In this document: piece after piece, positions 13,410-27,201 of the stretch | Numbering within the stretch: position 1 is the stretch's first letter | How the letters are laid out: each line of letters opens with the position of its first letter | NCBI GenBank assembly: GCA_030141605.1 | Contig: JAQGDQ010000527.1 | Location: 1 to 64,000, forward strand | DNA: 64,000 nt | Origin: Tubiluchus corallicola | Taxonomy: Eukaryota > Animalia > Priapulida | Direction of reading: 5' to 3' | Notes under the pieces: model-generated | Database searches by the model: none | Told to the model about the DNA's origin: nothing | The model's input: the letters and a program-made list of their open reading frames with translations, nothing else | Position numbers and translations under genes: made by a program

Positions 13410-13728
13410 CTTCTTCTTCTTCTTCTTCTTCTTCTTCCCAGCTTTTCCCTATTCGGGGTCGCCGTTGTGAGCGAGTCTTCTCCACGCATTCCTGTTGTTG
13501 ACCATCTCTTCATTTATGTCTTCAATTCCCACAAGATCTTCACCGACTCTTCTTTTCAGGTGTCCATACCATCGCACCAAGGCTTCCACTACTTTTACTG
13601 TTCCTCTGATATTATTATTTCCAATTTTATCTCTTCTTGTTATTCCCACCATCCATCTCAACTTCCTCATCTCCACCACACCCATTTTCTTCTCTTCGGT
13701 CTTCTTTAGAGAAGCTGCTTCCAGCCCA
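13410..13728 (-). mobile_element. 5'-truncated, internally deleted RTE element with (AAG)n tail
   Basis: YGLEA...EMRKLRWMVGITRRDKIGN...RWYGHLKRR...NRNAWRRL; perfect 21-bp TSD tagttcaacatgcatttatat (13389-13409, 13729-13749). Confidence 0.88.
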
Positions 13729-13749
13729 TAGTTCAACATGCATTTATAT

Positions 13750-14000
13750 AGAATACTAAATTAAGGACATAAAAGATTTTGACGGTGTTCAAAGACCCTA
13801 TTGGGTATCATAGTGGCCTGACAAAATTTTCAATGACGATTTGTATGACGTGGTGATGTAAGACCTTTGGAGCAAGCAAGTCTATATAAGAGGACTGCAC
13901 TGGACTGGAGGCTGCCGCTGAGATCTCCTCTTCCTACAACATTACGTAAAGCTGTTTGACCAGTGAAAACGCCCAAAGGGTTTGTCAATTGCTGACAAAA
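13750..14000 (+). mobile_element. Older degenerate RTE-like fragment, host of the 13410-13728 insertion
   Basis: Frameshifted LGIxWPDKIxNDDLY...RGLHWTG residues similar to the 12900 fragment. Confidence 0.45.
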
Positions 14001-14146
14001 GAGGTAACTCTAAATTTGAGAGACCGTGCGCTTGGGTGATGACTGGGCATCAATAGATGGGAGGTGCTGGGTAGAGAGTCGAAACACATAAACGACAGAA
14101 GAACGACAGAATGACTACTCTACTCTACTTCGACTAAAGATTCTGA

Positions 14147-14311
14147 TTGACTAGTCTAACTGACTAAAGTTTCTGGTTGACTAGTCTAACTAATTAAAGT
14201 TACTGGTTGACTAGTCTAACAGACTAAAGTTTCTGGTTGACTAGTCTAACAGACTAAATTTTTCTGAGTGACTAAGCTAACAGACAGAAGTTTCCAATTG
14301 ACTAGTCTAAC
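14147..14311. repeat. 30-bp minisatellite, about 5.5 copies
   Basis: Unit ttgactagtctaacagactaaagtttctgg with palindromic core GACTAGTC. Confidence 0.9.
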
Positions 14312-15539
14312 TGTTACATTTTAGGCTATTTTAAGTTAACGTTTATAAATCTGTATAGGCTTATGAAACTCTAATCTGTGTTGATATTAAGGATTTTCAC
14401 CTGGAATAAATTTCATCTTTATCTATACTTTATCTAACACATCGACCATACTCAACAAGACTGCTTTTGCCTGACTGAACTTAAATGTAGCAACAATTTG
14501 GCTACAATCTATCATATCGATACCACCAATACACAGATTAGAACAATTAAGCTTTGACCTAGATCAGAATTTGTACGTTTAAATGACTAATGAACCTCAA
14601 CGCAACCAACGGTTGACTGTACCAGATCTAAGTAACCTGGAGCACGTCCATTCACTACCATAATAATTTATGCAGAATCTGATATCAGCTTTAAGTTTCA
14701 AAGGGGCATTTTATGCTCGTGCCGCTAAGCAAGTCTGCTATGCACTGATATCAACCCTGAACTAAATAAACTCTCGATGTTGTATCCCGTGGGATACGAG
14801 AATATTTTCTGCCTTTGAAATTAATAAAAATTTAAAACTGACAGTTATTTAATCTGTTAATAGTTATTTTGATTTAAGCCAATAACAACAGACTAAAATG
14901 GTGATAAAATTGCAAACTAGAAAATCTACATAGCATAAAAAACTGCGCAAGGTACAGTACTTTAGAGACGACTTTGTACAGATCAGCATAGCGTGCATAC
15001 TAAATGTCTTAAATACTTTAAAAAATTATCAGCAGTTGCAAAATAAGCACATTTTTTATGCTTCCTTTGAATCCCAATGTATCCTGTAGGATATAGGCTA
15101 TATTTACCACGCGGGCACAGGTAGAAAAAATAATTATTACGTGTAAACAAGATGGATATACTGAACAAAAGTACCAAGCCAAAAAAAATTCCTTATCAAA
15201 AAAATAATTTGGGACTGAAAGGGTTAAGCACAAGCTTATACCCAGAAAATCATCTCGGTATTAACTACAAGGCCACGAGTATCGACGATGCAGTACTTGG
15301 ATCAAACTTTGCACCTAACATTACGTCACTGATGAATTTTGTACCTAAACAAATCTCAAAGAGACGCACTTAAACATTCCTAGCATAGCTAAAGTAGCCA
15401 ATGTTGTAGATATACTGCAATAAAATTATCTAAGGGTGTAGCCCGTACAGTTTTTTATATGTTCAGTGAAGAAAATATTGTTTGCGCCGCGCCAGTTAAA
15501 AAATAAAATCTCTTTGACGAACGTCGAGATGGCAGAATT

Positions 15540-16216
15540 GGTGGAGATGTATCACTGCTGTGGTGGAGATGTGGTGGATGTATCACTGCTGTGGTGGAGA
15601 TGTGGTGATGTATCACTGCTGTGGTGGAGATGTGGTAATGTATCACTGCTGTGGTGGAGATGTGGTGGAGATGTATCACTGCTGTGGTGGAGATGTGGTG
15701 ATGTATCACTGCTGTGGTGGAGATGTGGTGGAGATGTATCACTGCTGTGGTGGAGATGTGGTGGAGATGTATCACTGCTGTGGTGGAGATGTGGTGGAGA
15801 TGTATCACTCCTGTGGTGGAGATGTGGTGGAGATGTATCACTGCTGTGGTGGAGATGTGGTGGAGATGTATCACTGCTGTGGTGGAGATGTGGTGATGTA
15901 TCACTGCTGTGGTGGATATGTGGTGGAGATGTATCACTGCTGTGGTGGAGATGTGGTGGAGATGTATCACTGCTGTGGTGGAGATGTGGTGGAGATGTAT
16001 CACTGCTGTGGTGGAGATGTGGTGATGTATCACTGCTGTGGTGGAGATGTGGTGGAGATGTATCACTGCTGTGGTGGAGATGTATCACTGCTGTGGTGGA
16101 GATGTGGTGGAGATGTATCACTCCTGTGGTGGAGATGTATCACTGCTGTGGTGGAGATGTGGTGGAGATGTATCACTCCTGTGGTGGAGATGTGGTGGAG
16201 ATGTATCACTGCTGTG
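15540..16216. repeat. 33/30/21-bp G-rich minisatellite
   Basis: Unit gatgtatcactgctgtggtggagatgtggtgga and shortened variants, about 22 copies. Confidence 0.95.
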
Positions 16217-16530
16217 AATAAGTTGAAAGGACCTCACTCTGATCACCGTTTTCATCATCAGTTGCAGGTCTTCAGAAGTGACAGTTTACTTGCTCTTTAT
16301 CAAAGGCAAAATCCAAATTCCACAGGCCCAACAAATGCATTTTACAATGACAGCTCAAATTGTCTTGACTCTCTGACCAAGTGTATAAGTCAGTAGGTAA
16401 CATCAATCCTTCTTATATACATAGCAAATGTTTGAGAAGGGAAACACACTATGTTTTTAAGAGGCGATTTGAAATTAAAAATCCCGTTAGACAAAAAACA
16501 ATCAAAATTCTGGAATAATCTTAATATATA

Positions 16531-16928
16531 GGTTTTACATGTCAAATGTAGGCTTGCGTTAACTCAAATGTAGATTTAGGTAATTCAAATGTGTCTTGGT
16601 AACTGAAATGTAGACTTAGGTGGTTCAAATGTGTTAACAATGGTTTTCAAGAAATCTTAATAGGCTGAAATAAAGCGTCTTCTTGCAGATATTAGAGAAA
16701 ATCTTCTAGTGCAGAATCACGATCAGAGAATGGCAATATTAGCTCAGTTGACAGAACAGTATGTTAATATCATAACGGCCGCAGATGCAGGCCATTTTGT
16801 AATTTGCACTTAAATGAGTTAATTACCGATTTATTCAAAGTACCGCACTACATTTGACTTACCTAGGTCACATTTGAGTTACCAAAACACATTCCAAATT
16901 CCTATGTCTACATTTGACGTGTAAAACC
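16531..16928. mobile_element. TATA-flanked MITE, family B copy 1
   Basis: TATA|ggttttacatgtcaaatgtag...ctacatttgacgtgtaaaacc|TATA; internal caaatgt subrepeats; homologous to 26768-27201 and 59240-60197. Confidence 0.85.
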
Positions 16929-17839
16929 TATAATGATATTAGAACGTCGCCAACACTTCACGTTTTCTCCCGCAAAGTCGACAAATATTTAGAAACGTTG
17001 TCTCATTAATATCTGCCTAAATTTGCATTTTATTTTTTTAGCGTATGTGTAATTCTAAAGTTGCTGTAAGTCTTAATTACGTCTTCATTTATTGTTTTAA
17101 TTTGTTGTTGTTATAATTTTTAGTCTATGGAATAGCCCCTTGTGCACTAATGTTCTTTGTATGTAATGGAAATCGAAAATCTTTCAAAATTATGCAAATT
17201 CTGAACAAAAGTGGTGCTAAAACTGACCCTTGTGGCACACCGTCGGGCTATATAATAATTCTAATTTTCGAGACACAAAACTTCATATTCGGGCTTTGTT
17301 AGCATCAATAGTACAGGGGTGTTAACAAAGTTCAAACCTTGCCATATATGGCTGTAGTCACTAAACTGTTCAACTCTTTCCCAAATCGTTTTTCTTCGCT
17401 CTTTTTCGCCGAAACGGCTCGCCCATAAATCGCCACCGACAAAGCCAGCCGGCAGATGCCCCAGACAGACAATCGGTTTCTATTGCCCCAGCTGACTCGG
17501 AGACCGTGTTTACACTGCATCACTTGAGTGAATAATTTACGGCTATTTTGGCCACTAGTCGTGTCACCTGGATCATTTAACGGCTGATTATACTGTCAAT
17601 AAAGCACGTGTTGCAGCGTGAAAAACAGACAAACCACCCAACAGCAGCTGAAGCACGAAATAGAGAAAAATTTCTCCTAGCCACATTTTTGGACATTACT
17701 CCAAAATCACTGCTTCAATAAACTTTATCACTGTCGTCATCGTCATCGTTGGCGCCAAAACTATTGCTACTTCAACTTCTGATGAATCATAAGGTTCTGT
17801 CAATATAATTTGATTTCATTAACACCGTCTTGAAAACCA

Positions 17840-18620
17840 GAGCAACAGTAGCAGCAACAACAACAGCAGCAACAGCGACAGCAGGGCAATGGCATCATCA
17901 TCTTCAGCACCATCATCATTATCAGCGACAGCCGTAATACCAGTAGCAGAACAAGTTGTAGCCTATTGAGGAGAATTAATAACAGGGCTAGCAATGAAAG
18001 CAGTCAGCAACAGCAGCAGTAGCAGCAGCAACAGCAACAGTAGCAGTAGCAACAGCAACAGTAGCATGATCAATATCGTCCCAAGACCGGAGATTTCCTG
18101 GACCTTCTCACAGCCATCTTAAGCCATATGCATCAACAAGACTTTCTCGCTGATTGCTGGTTGCCAGTTTCCCGAGTGGCGAATTGTCTTATCAACTCAT
18201 CGTCAGCATCAGCACCATCGTCATCATCAACATCATCATCATCATCATCATCATCATCGCCGTCACATCAGTATTTTTATTGTCACCATTATCATCACTT
18301 TTATCACCGTCATCATCGTCGTCGTCGTCGTCGTCGTTACATTTTCATCGTCATTGCCGTCGTCGTGGCCACCGTTATCAACATCGTTGTCGTCGTCATA
18401 GTTTCTATCATCATTATCTAAATCATCGTCATCAGTTGCGACAGCAGAAGTAACAACAGCTAAATCCAACATCATTATTAAGCATCATCATCATCATCAT
18501 CATCATCGTTGTTGTCGTCACAGTTTCTATAATCATTATCTAAATCATCGTCGTCGTCATCAACATCATCATCATCAGTTGCGACAGCAGAAGTAACAAC
18601 AGCCAAATCCAACATCATTA
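17840..18620. repeat. CAG/CAA/CAT/CGT trinucleotide low-complexity region with a local duplication
   Basis: Visible triplet runs; about 18380-18480 is repeated at about 18505-18620. Confidence 0.85.
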
Positions 18621-19351
18621 TTACAATTTCATGGTGGCAAATAGGTGCAATAGCGGGACTCTTTCAAAAGAAAAATTGTTTTTTGTCGCCTAGTGGCTCT
18701 ATAAAGAGTTAGGATCCAAACACCTGTCCTACAGGTGCTTTCCAAGACGCTAAATGTCCATAATACGTTTCTTTGCGCAAACGCAAACACACTTCATGCA
18801 AATTAAACGCCTGGGCCACGTCTTCTCCTGACACTGACGAGTCTAACTAAACACGTATCCGGCTACTCTAAACAAACAGCCGCCGTCTAAAGCATACACA
18901 CACCATCAAAGACGGCGTCCAGCTACAAATGAACCGAATTTGTGCAACATAAACTGTCAATACTGACACGTTTAGCCGCTCTGATCGCCAAAATTTACAT
19001 CAAAATGCTACAGATGAAAAAACACCGGCAAGAATCAGCAAGCGTGCACGGACAAAAATTTTCTGCAGGACAAGTAACGCCACCAGTAGGGGTCAGGAAA
19101 AATAAACAATCCTTTAAACTACGAGGTTGCCAAGTGCCTGATAAACATGTGACATACTACTTTAAAGGAAAGAACAAGTCACTCAGCATGTTGGGTTTAT
19201 TTTGCTGTTATCACTTAAACTCAGAATAATATAACAAAGAAATTTGCAAAAAACTCTATAAGTCATTAAGTTCGTTTATACTACCGCTGTATAGGAATAT
19301 TCAGGATAAATTCCACAGATAAGAAACTCGGGGGTAAAAATTGATGGCAAT

Positions 19352-19584
19352 ACTTTCCCAAATTAGCTGGCAACTAACGATATCATTGCCTAGTTACAAC
19401 TGTCATTGCCTGAATTTTTTATAATCCTCTGCGGTTTATTTTACCAATTATTACCCATTGTGGATAATGAGTTGGAGAAAGGAGACCCCGAGAAATTATC
19501 GACTAGCCGGGATTTGAATCCGAGACCTGCGATTAGTAATCCAAGCTCTGCCATTGTGCTACCAGTTTAACCTGACAGAGCAGG
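19352..19584 (-). mobile_element. tRNA-derived SINE, family C
   Basis: Minus-strand tRNA-like head with A-box-like tggcagagc and B-box-like ggattcaaatccc; homologous along its length to 32155-32400. Confidence 0.75.
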
Positions 19585-20526
19585 CCCAAGAATTCATCCT
19601 TGCAGTACACCATTTTTCAACGTCTTCTTTCTTTCATCAACTCTGCTACCTGAACTACCAGTTTAACCTGACAGAACAGGCCCAAGAATTCATCCTTGTG
19701 GCACACCATTTTTCAACGTCTTCTTTCTTTCATCAACTCTCCTACCTGAACTACCAGTTTAACCTGACAGAACAGGCCCAAGAATTCATCCTTGCAGTAC
19801 ACCATTTTTCAACGTCTTCTTTCTTTCATCAACTCTGCTACCTGAACTACCAGTTTAACCTGACAGAACAGGCCCAAGAATTCATCCTTGTGGCACACCA
19901 TTTTTCAACGTCTTCTTTCTTTCATCAACTCTGCTACCTGAACTACCAGTTTAACCTGACAGAACAGGCCCAAGAATTCATCCTTGTGGCACACCATTTT
20001 TCAACGTCTTCTTTCTTTCATCAACTCTGCTACCTGAACTACCAGTTTAACCTGACAGAACAGGCCCAAGAATTCATCCTTGTGGCACACCATTTTTCAA
20101 CGTCTTCTTTCTTTCATCAACTCTGCTACCTGAACTACCAGTTTAACCTGACAGAACAGGCCCAAGATTTCATCCTTGTGGCACACCATTTTTCAACGTC
20201 TTCTTTCTTTCATCAACTCTCCTACCTGAGCTACCAGTTTAACCTGACAGAACAGGCCCAAGATTTCATCCTTGTGGCACACCATTTTTCAACGTCTTCT
20301 TTCTTTCATCAACTCTGCTACCTGAACTACCAGTTTAACCTGACAGAACAGGCCCAAGAATTCATCCTTGTGGCACACCATTTTTCAACGTCTTCTTTCT
20401 TTCATCAACTCTGCTACCTGAACTACCAGTTTAACCTGACAGAACAGGCCCAAGAATTCATCCTTGCAGTACACCATTTTTCAACGTCTTCTTTCTTTCA
20501 TCAACTCTCCTACCTGAGCTACCAGC
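19559..20526. repeat. 93-bp tandem array, about 10.4 near-identical copies
   Basis: Unit ctaccagtttaacctgacagaacaggcccaagaattcatccttgtggcacaccatttttcaacgtcttctttctttcatcaactctgctacctgaa. Confidence 0.95.
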
Positions 20527-20625
20527 TTCAAATCCCGAGTAGACCACAATTTTTCATTATCTCCTTCCTCTAACTCCAAAAAATTCTGACAATCACAGTC
20601 ATAATTAGTTAAAAATTGATATGAA
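20527..20625 (+). mobile_element. Partial family C SINE in opposite orientation
   Basis: ttcaaatcccgagtagaccacaatttttc...aaaattctgacaatcacagtcataat aligns with the sense strand of the 32155-32400 copy. Confidence 0.6.
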
Positions 20626-21305
20626 CTATTGCTCTGTGTTATATATTTCATGGTTTTCATCACAATTGACCCACTACCATGTTTAGGGTAATTCCTGCAG
20701 AAAAAACAAACAGGTTCCCATTAAAAAAAGTACTTTTAAATTAAGAAACGGGTATTTTGATCTTTGGTCTACAATTTGATTCGAGAAAGAAAAATTCTCA
20801 TCGCCTCAGAGGGAAACCTACTTATACACTAAATATGTGAAACAAAATTATAAAACTCTTTCCCAAATTGAAACCATTTTCATCATAATAATTATTTTAT
20901 TGTTATTATTGTTCTCACTATTATTAGTATTGGTATTGTTACTGTTATTACAATGATTTTTTAATCAGTTATTTACTGTTTAATTAAATAAGTTATTTTT
21001 TTATTTACTTATTTGTTTGTTTATTTATTTAACTTAGAAAATATTACATGTTCTAAATATACCTATTTACGCCTTTTATTTATGTTTGTTACTTCTATCA
21101 ATAACGTAAATAATTATTTTCCAAAGCTTTCGGGTGCTGCCACCTATTAATTCGCCGTCTGTTACACAGTCTTTAATACACATACGTTGTTTAATTAATA
21201 TCGATTTTTGTTCTTGTACCGAGTAATTATTACACTAATTCAAGTTGCAAATCAAATAAGTTAGTTTTATATTAACATTTGCGTAGTACAATTACAACAC
21301 GTACA

Positions 21306-21840
<535 letters not shown>

Positions 21841-23554
21841 ACCAGCTAAAATCGAACCATGAGGTTCTCTTGACGTCAGTTCACGGTGGCAACAAATGAC
21901 CCCGTGTCACACTCCAAAGAGTTTTAGCGGACGTCAAACTAATTAAACCCTGGCAAATGCGATGGGGACTGTGACAGTTGGGACATCAGTTGGGACATCA
22001 CTTATTCCACTCTCGTCTCGTAGGCATCTTCGGCACATGGCAGTCGCATGCCAAGCTGTAAAGAGCTCTCATAATCTACGCCGTGGAATGTGCCCAAGGG
22101 GAAAGGGTTGAGCAAAGAGTTAAACTTTCTACCTGTCTAGATTGCACGAACATCCCTCTAGAAGCGCCTAATCCTGTGAGCGCGCATGTACGATAAAATA
22201 ACAGGCGTCTGGCAAACTTAAAGATCGACGAGAAAAAATTCACTTTCTGCTTAAATTTTAATTCCAACAGTTTGGGACATAATAAGAAGCAAAATTTAGC
22301 TATCAAAGTTTTAAGAATTTATAGAACTCATACAATTTTATGCATCCATTTTACATATTATAGCAGTAATAGGTATAATAGTATACCAGTAATTATACAT
22401 AGTATACCAGTAATTATACCAGTAAACATTTTTGAATGCTTACGAAAGTTTTATGAATAACTTTCAGTTTCAAAGCGAGGTATTTCTGGTCCTGGCGCCA
22501 CCATCTTAATTCGACTGTCAACTGTTTGAATTTGACGCCGTAATCCGATTTTTAGCTTTTAAGCGAAACTCAACAATCGGGTTTATTACCCTACGATCTC
22601 ACAGTCTATTCTTATGCTGCTTTAACAAACTAAGGCTTTCAAGTTTGAATGTGGCTGGTCCAATGCGTGATTCTTCTCGCCTGCTGGGAATGCTCGTGTA
22701 GTTCAGGTTGGTGTAAATGTTACTGTCAATGTTAACAAAACATTAACAAAATTATTTTTTATGTTGAACTGGTTCACCCAAAAATCGGGGAACAGATTTT
22801 TTGCGAATTAATTGCAACGCAAAGATTTTTACTTTTTTCTGAATCAGGGTGTTATTTTTAGGATTCCAGAAAAGTTCCCCCCCCTCCCCATCAATTGACT
22901 TTGGGGAAATTTTTAGGGCCGACTGAATTTTAGGACCGTCCCACACAACCATGTCATTACAGAGCTTTTTGTGAGCATCTAATGCAGTCTAGCCTAGGTT
23001 AGCATATATTGCTAATAATAAAAAATGTTATTCACATAAATTTGTTGCCATGGCTACTGTTTATCATAGCAACAGCATTGAAAAAAGGTTAGATTGAAAA
23101 ATAGTTTGAGAATCCTCGATTTTCACCATTATACGAACTGACAACAAACCTTAACACACAGGAGACTAGAGGCAGCTATTAAAACAGTAACAATGTAAAA
23201 ATTATTTACCTTAGTAACTATTTTTGATATGTCTATTCTAAAACGTTCCAAAACTTATAATTTTACTTGTTCATTAGACTAGCAGACTAAGACAGGTAGT
23301 GGTTACGAAAATAGACATACCACGCGGACCGGGGCCTAAGGGGTATTTAGACACATCGCTCCTCAAATCATAAACAGGCGGTGATTTTAAACCCGTCGGC
23401 CATGAAATAATCAATAACCCTAACATGTCACACTGTAGATCATTTGAAGCCTCAAGCAAAATATTTTCACATATAATCAGCCTTAGTTCTAGGCTTAAAC
23501 ATAACGTAGTTAAATCTGTGTTATCAGGGTAGACGTTGATGACGACGGGAGTTT

Positions 23555-23720
23555 ATCATAGTCATAATCATCATCATCACCATAATCATCATCAACATCA
23601 TCGTCATCATCATCATCATCGTCATCACCGTCATCATCATCATCACCATAATCATCATCAACATCATCGTCATCATTATCATCATCGTCGTCGTCATCAT
23701 CGTCATCACCATCATCATCA
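23555..23720. repeat. (CAT)n-rich microsatellite
   Basis: Visible triplet run. Confidence 0.9.
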
Positions 23721-24867
23721 GTATACTCATCATAATTACTATTATAAATGCTGATTATGCTGTGGCCACAGCCACCACCATCATTTACAGTGGCTGTTGC
23801 TGACAGCAGTTGATTATAGTGATGACACTGATGACGACAATGATGTAATAACCATGTTAGGTGTTTCAAAATAAAGTATCGGCTGCAGAACATACTTAAA
23901 ACCTTTAACAGATAAAATATACTTATAACCAGTGTTCAATAGCCTAAAAATGCTAATATAAAGACGGACCCACCACGCAAGCATGCAACAATGACCACAG
24001 CAGCGACGATGATGATGTCGTAGGTGATGATGATGATGTCGGCAAGAATGCAAATAGTCTACCAGTGTTGCCACCGAAAGGGTTAAATCATTCACTAAAA
24101 CTCGTAAGTTTTGATGTGCTTTCTACGAAAGATACGAACCCTGAATGACAAAGACCTCACGATCCCAACTTCAAGGTTAACCGGGAAATGCTTCATTTTC
24201 TGCCCGAATGACGCCATTGACCTTTTCAGCGTAGGCTGGAATGACGACTGATTCGACGGTAATGATAATCGTATGATAATGGCGATGATCGCCATGATGA
24301 TGATGACGGCGTCGACAATTGTGATGAAATTATGATGAGGATGAATAATTATCACACTGTTAGAGAAGTTTGCCATTTCTGGACTTTTTTTATTCTTCGC
24401 CCCGATCGAGCCATCTGGCGTTCGGGTGACACAAACTTAGTTTGCAAAATTAAATGTAAGATTCACAGCACATGCTATCTATTAGTGATAATACTCAGTG
24501 AGGTAAAAAGATTGGAGGTAAAAGGTAAAATTCAAAGTGAAAACTCACAACAAATCTCAGCCGGGTGACAAACGTGTTGCATCTTCGCGGCTCCACACGG
24601 GTTCACACATCCTAACGGACGCAAACGGGTGGCTTTGAGTAGGAACACAGCAAAAAATTAATCTCTTTTGTGAGCTATACTCGATTTTTAACTATCTCAC
24701 TAAATAAGCAAACACGTACTAACCTATTATGGTACAGTGGAATCCCGGTACGTTCTACCTTTCTTGACGAAGTGTTTTAGCTAAAGTCTTCTTTGATTAA
24801 GTTTTGATATGGCAGAGTGCAAATTTTCAGGGTACTTCCCTGAATTCCACCGAGGGCGCTGAGTCGA

Positions 24868-25250
24868 CTCCCTAAGTTCCTTAAACTCCGTTGGGAACAC
24901 TGGGCCGGCACCCTAACTTCCCTGAACTCTGTTGGGAGCAAGAGGCCGACACCCTAACTTCTCTGAATTCCGCTGGGAGCAAGAGGCCGACACCCTAACT
25001 TCTCTGAACTCTTTTGGGAACAATAGGCCGACACCCTAACTTCCCTGAACTCTGTTGGGAGCAAGAGGCCGACACCCTAACTTCTCTGAACTCTGCTGGG
25101 AACAATAGGCCGACACCCTAACTTCTCTGAATTCCGCTGGGAACAATAGGCCGACACCCTAACTTCTCTGAACTCTGTTGAGAACAATAGGCCGACAACT
25201 ATGTTGGGAACAATAGGCCGACACCCTAACTTCCCTGAACTCCGCTGGGA
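24868..25250. repeat. 41-bp minisatellite, about 9 copies
   Basis: Unit ggccgacaccctaacttccctgaactctgttgggagcaaga; period 41 (24903, 24944, ...). Confidence 0.92.
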
Positions 25251-26143
25251 AGGCTGAGACCCGACCCCTAGGTGCTTTAACTTCACCAAGTCTTACAATT
25301 ATTTCTGATTCTGATGCTAATGAAATTTACTGCTTGAGTCAATCCCAGCATTATAAGTCTCCACGTCTAAACGGTGCAGTCTGTCTAGCTACACATTACC
25401 TCTCCAACATCAAAGCCACCGGCTAGGTGATTTTATGTCTCTTTACTGAATCGAACATGTATAATTCAGATCAAGACCAGGTAAAGACAAATAACAAACA
25501 TAACATGCAAACATACCATACGACTTCAACTCTGTCACGTGACCGCAACTTGGTCACGTGACTTGGTTTTCTCACGAATTTCCTACGCAACTGCGACATT
25601 TTCGCGTGCAAAACAAACCGAACTTATTTGAAGCGAAATTTACAAAGGTATACAAAAACAACACAGTTTAAGACTATTAAACGGTTGATTACCAAAAAAA
25701 CTTTTTTTGATACTCAGTACGAATAAAAGCTTGAACTGAATGTAAGAAATACAAATAACAGATTGATGCTAAAATCTATACTCTGTACATAAATCTATAT
25801 ATTAATTCTACTGGTATGGGCTTTATATATAAGATTCGAGGCTACAGCTTCGACGATGGTACCATTTCCGGCGATCTATACATCGAACGAAAGGTCTCGA
25901 TCTAGTGTCGTGCCATTGGGGGTTTATTTTTCGAATCGGGCCCACTGGGACGAACGGGGGGGCGAAAAACCTCCAAAATGGCCATTTTTCGGCCGTTTTT
26001 TGCAAAAGTTATTCTCTAATAATTTGTCATTTTCTCTAATTTACTCTTTCCTGTAACTTTGTGTGCTTTTTTTAAACATCAAAACCTTCGTTTTGCGTAT
26101 GGCACACGCATAAACTATTTACACACCTTTATGGCAAAAAAGA

Positions 26144-26235
26144 CTAAAAATAGCTATGACGTCGTTGCGTAAATTGGCTTGTAACCAAGATTAAAAATAG
26201 CTATGACGTCGTTGCGTAAATTGGCTTGTAACCAA
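26144..26235. repeat. Short direct duplication, about 50-bp period
   Basis: aaaatagctatgacgtcgttgcgtaaattggcttgtaacca occurs twice. Confidence 0.85.
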
Positions 26236-26767
26236 TCAACGTGTCGGAGCAGGTTGTCACAAGTTATTGTGTCAATATTGCATCAACGCAAGAATAGACT
26301 TGATGAACTTAGAATTTAACACAGACATACGACCTATGTGATACGTGTGTACAGTGTAAATACATTATAGCGAATTACAAAACGTACGACTCGTCATACA
26401 AAGAATAAAAAAATGTTGACAAACATACCCGAAATACCCCTACATTAGTATATCTTGTGTAATAATCATTGGGTTAATATATTGTATGTTTTTGTAGGCG
26501 AACTTTTACTTGCTAAAGTCACGATAATTGATATTGTTCGTAAAAGTAAAGATAAACTCGAATATATGTAAACAAAATTGACGTAGTTACATCTAAAGCA
26601 TTCGTACACTTGCTATAAATTGCAATGTATTCGATACATTGTTAAGTCAATTGACGAACGATTTTTTTAAAAAAATCCAAATTTATTTGCACTGTTTCGA
26701 GTTTAGAACCGGTTATTGGTCATTCGATTTATTAATTGTTACTAATTTTATTGAAATTTGTTATATA

Positions 26768-27201
26768 GGTTTTAAATGTCAAATGTAGACCTGCGTTAAC
26801 TCAAATGTAGATTTAGGTAATTCAAATGTGTCTTGGTAACTCAAATGTAGACTTAGGTAGTTCAAATGTGTTAACAATGGTTTTCAAGAAATCTTAAGCG
26901 CTTTTGGTAACTCAAATGTAGGCATGTCAAGTCATATGTGACATTGGTATCTCAAATGTGGATAGGTGGTAAAGTTTAAGGATGTTAAATTTAATCTTCT
27001 TTAATTTCAATTTAATAATTGCTCCTAAGTTAAAATAACAACATTATAGGCCTACTAATAGATGCACTATCTTTGGTTTATCTTTTTTCTAATTTGCACT
27101 TAAATAACTTAATTACCGATTTATTCAAAGTAAGGCATCTACATTTGACTTACCCAAGTCACATTTTAACTTTCCTGTGTCTACATTTGACGTGTAAAAC
27201 C
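26768..27201. mobile_element. TATA-flanked MITE, family B copy 2
   Basis: Same TIRs as 16531-16928; TATA on both sides. Confidence 0.85.

Noticed and set aside
14755-15227. piggyBac MITEs (GGG|TTAA ends at about 15224 and 24082)
   Set aside because: Only right-hand termini are recognisable; no matching left TIR or TSD found.
16689-16758. Next ARMC9 exon (ILAQLTEQ resembles human ILQQLHQQ)
   Set aside because: Wrong phase for the phase-0 donor, no U12 branch point, too short, and inside a MITE.
18826-18870. Penelope-type minimal hammerhead (ctgacga-gtct-aact-aaacacgta)
   Set aside because: The second strand of stem II and the G of GAAA are missing and stem I is mismatched; at most a dead relic.
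19554-20573. 339-aa repeat protein
   Set aside because: Translation of a SINE-derived 93-bp array; no ATG start or exon boundaries.
24095-24240. FGF exon 2 candidate (also 20481-20695 and 8930-9120)
   Set aside because: Phase mismatch, or lack of the GxxYL/CxF motifs; the 20481 ORF is SINE-derived.
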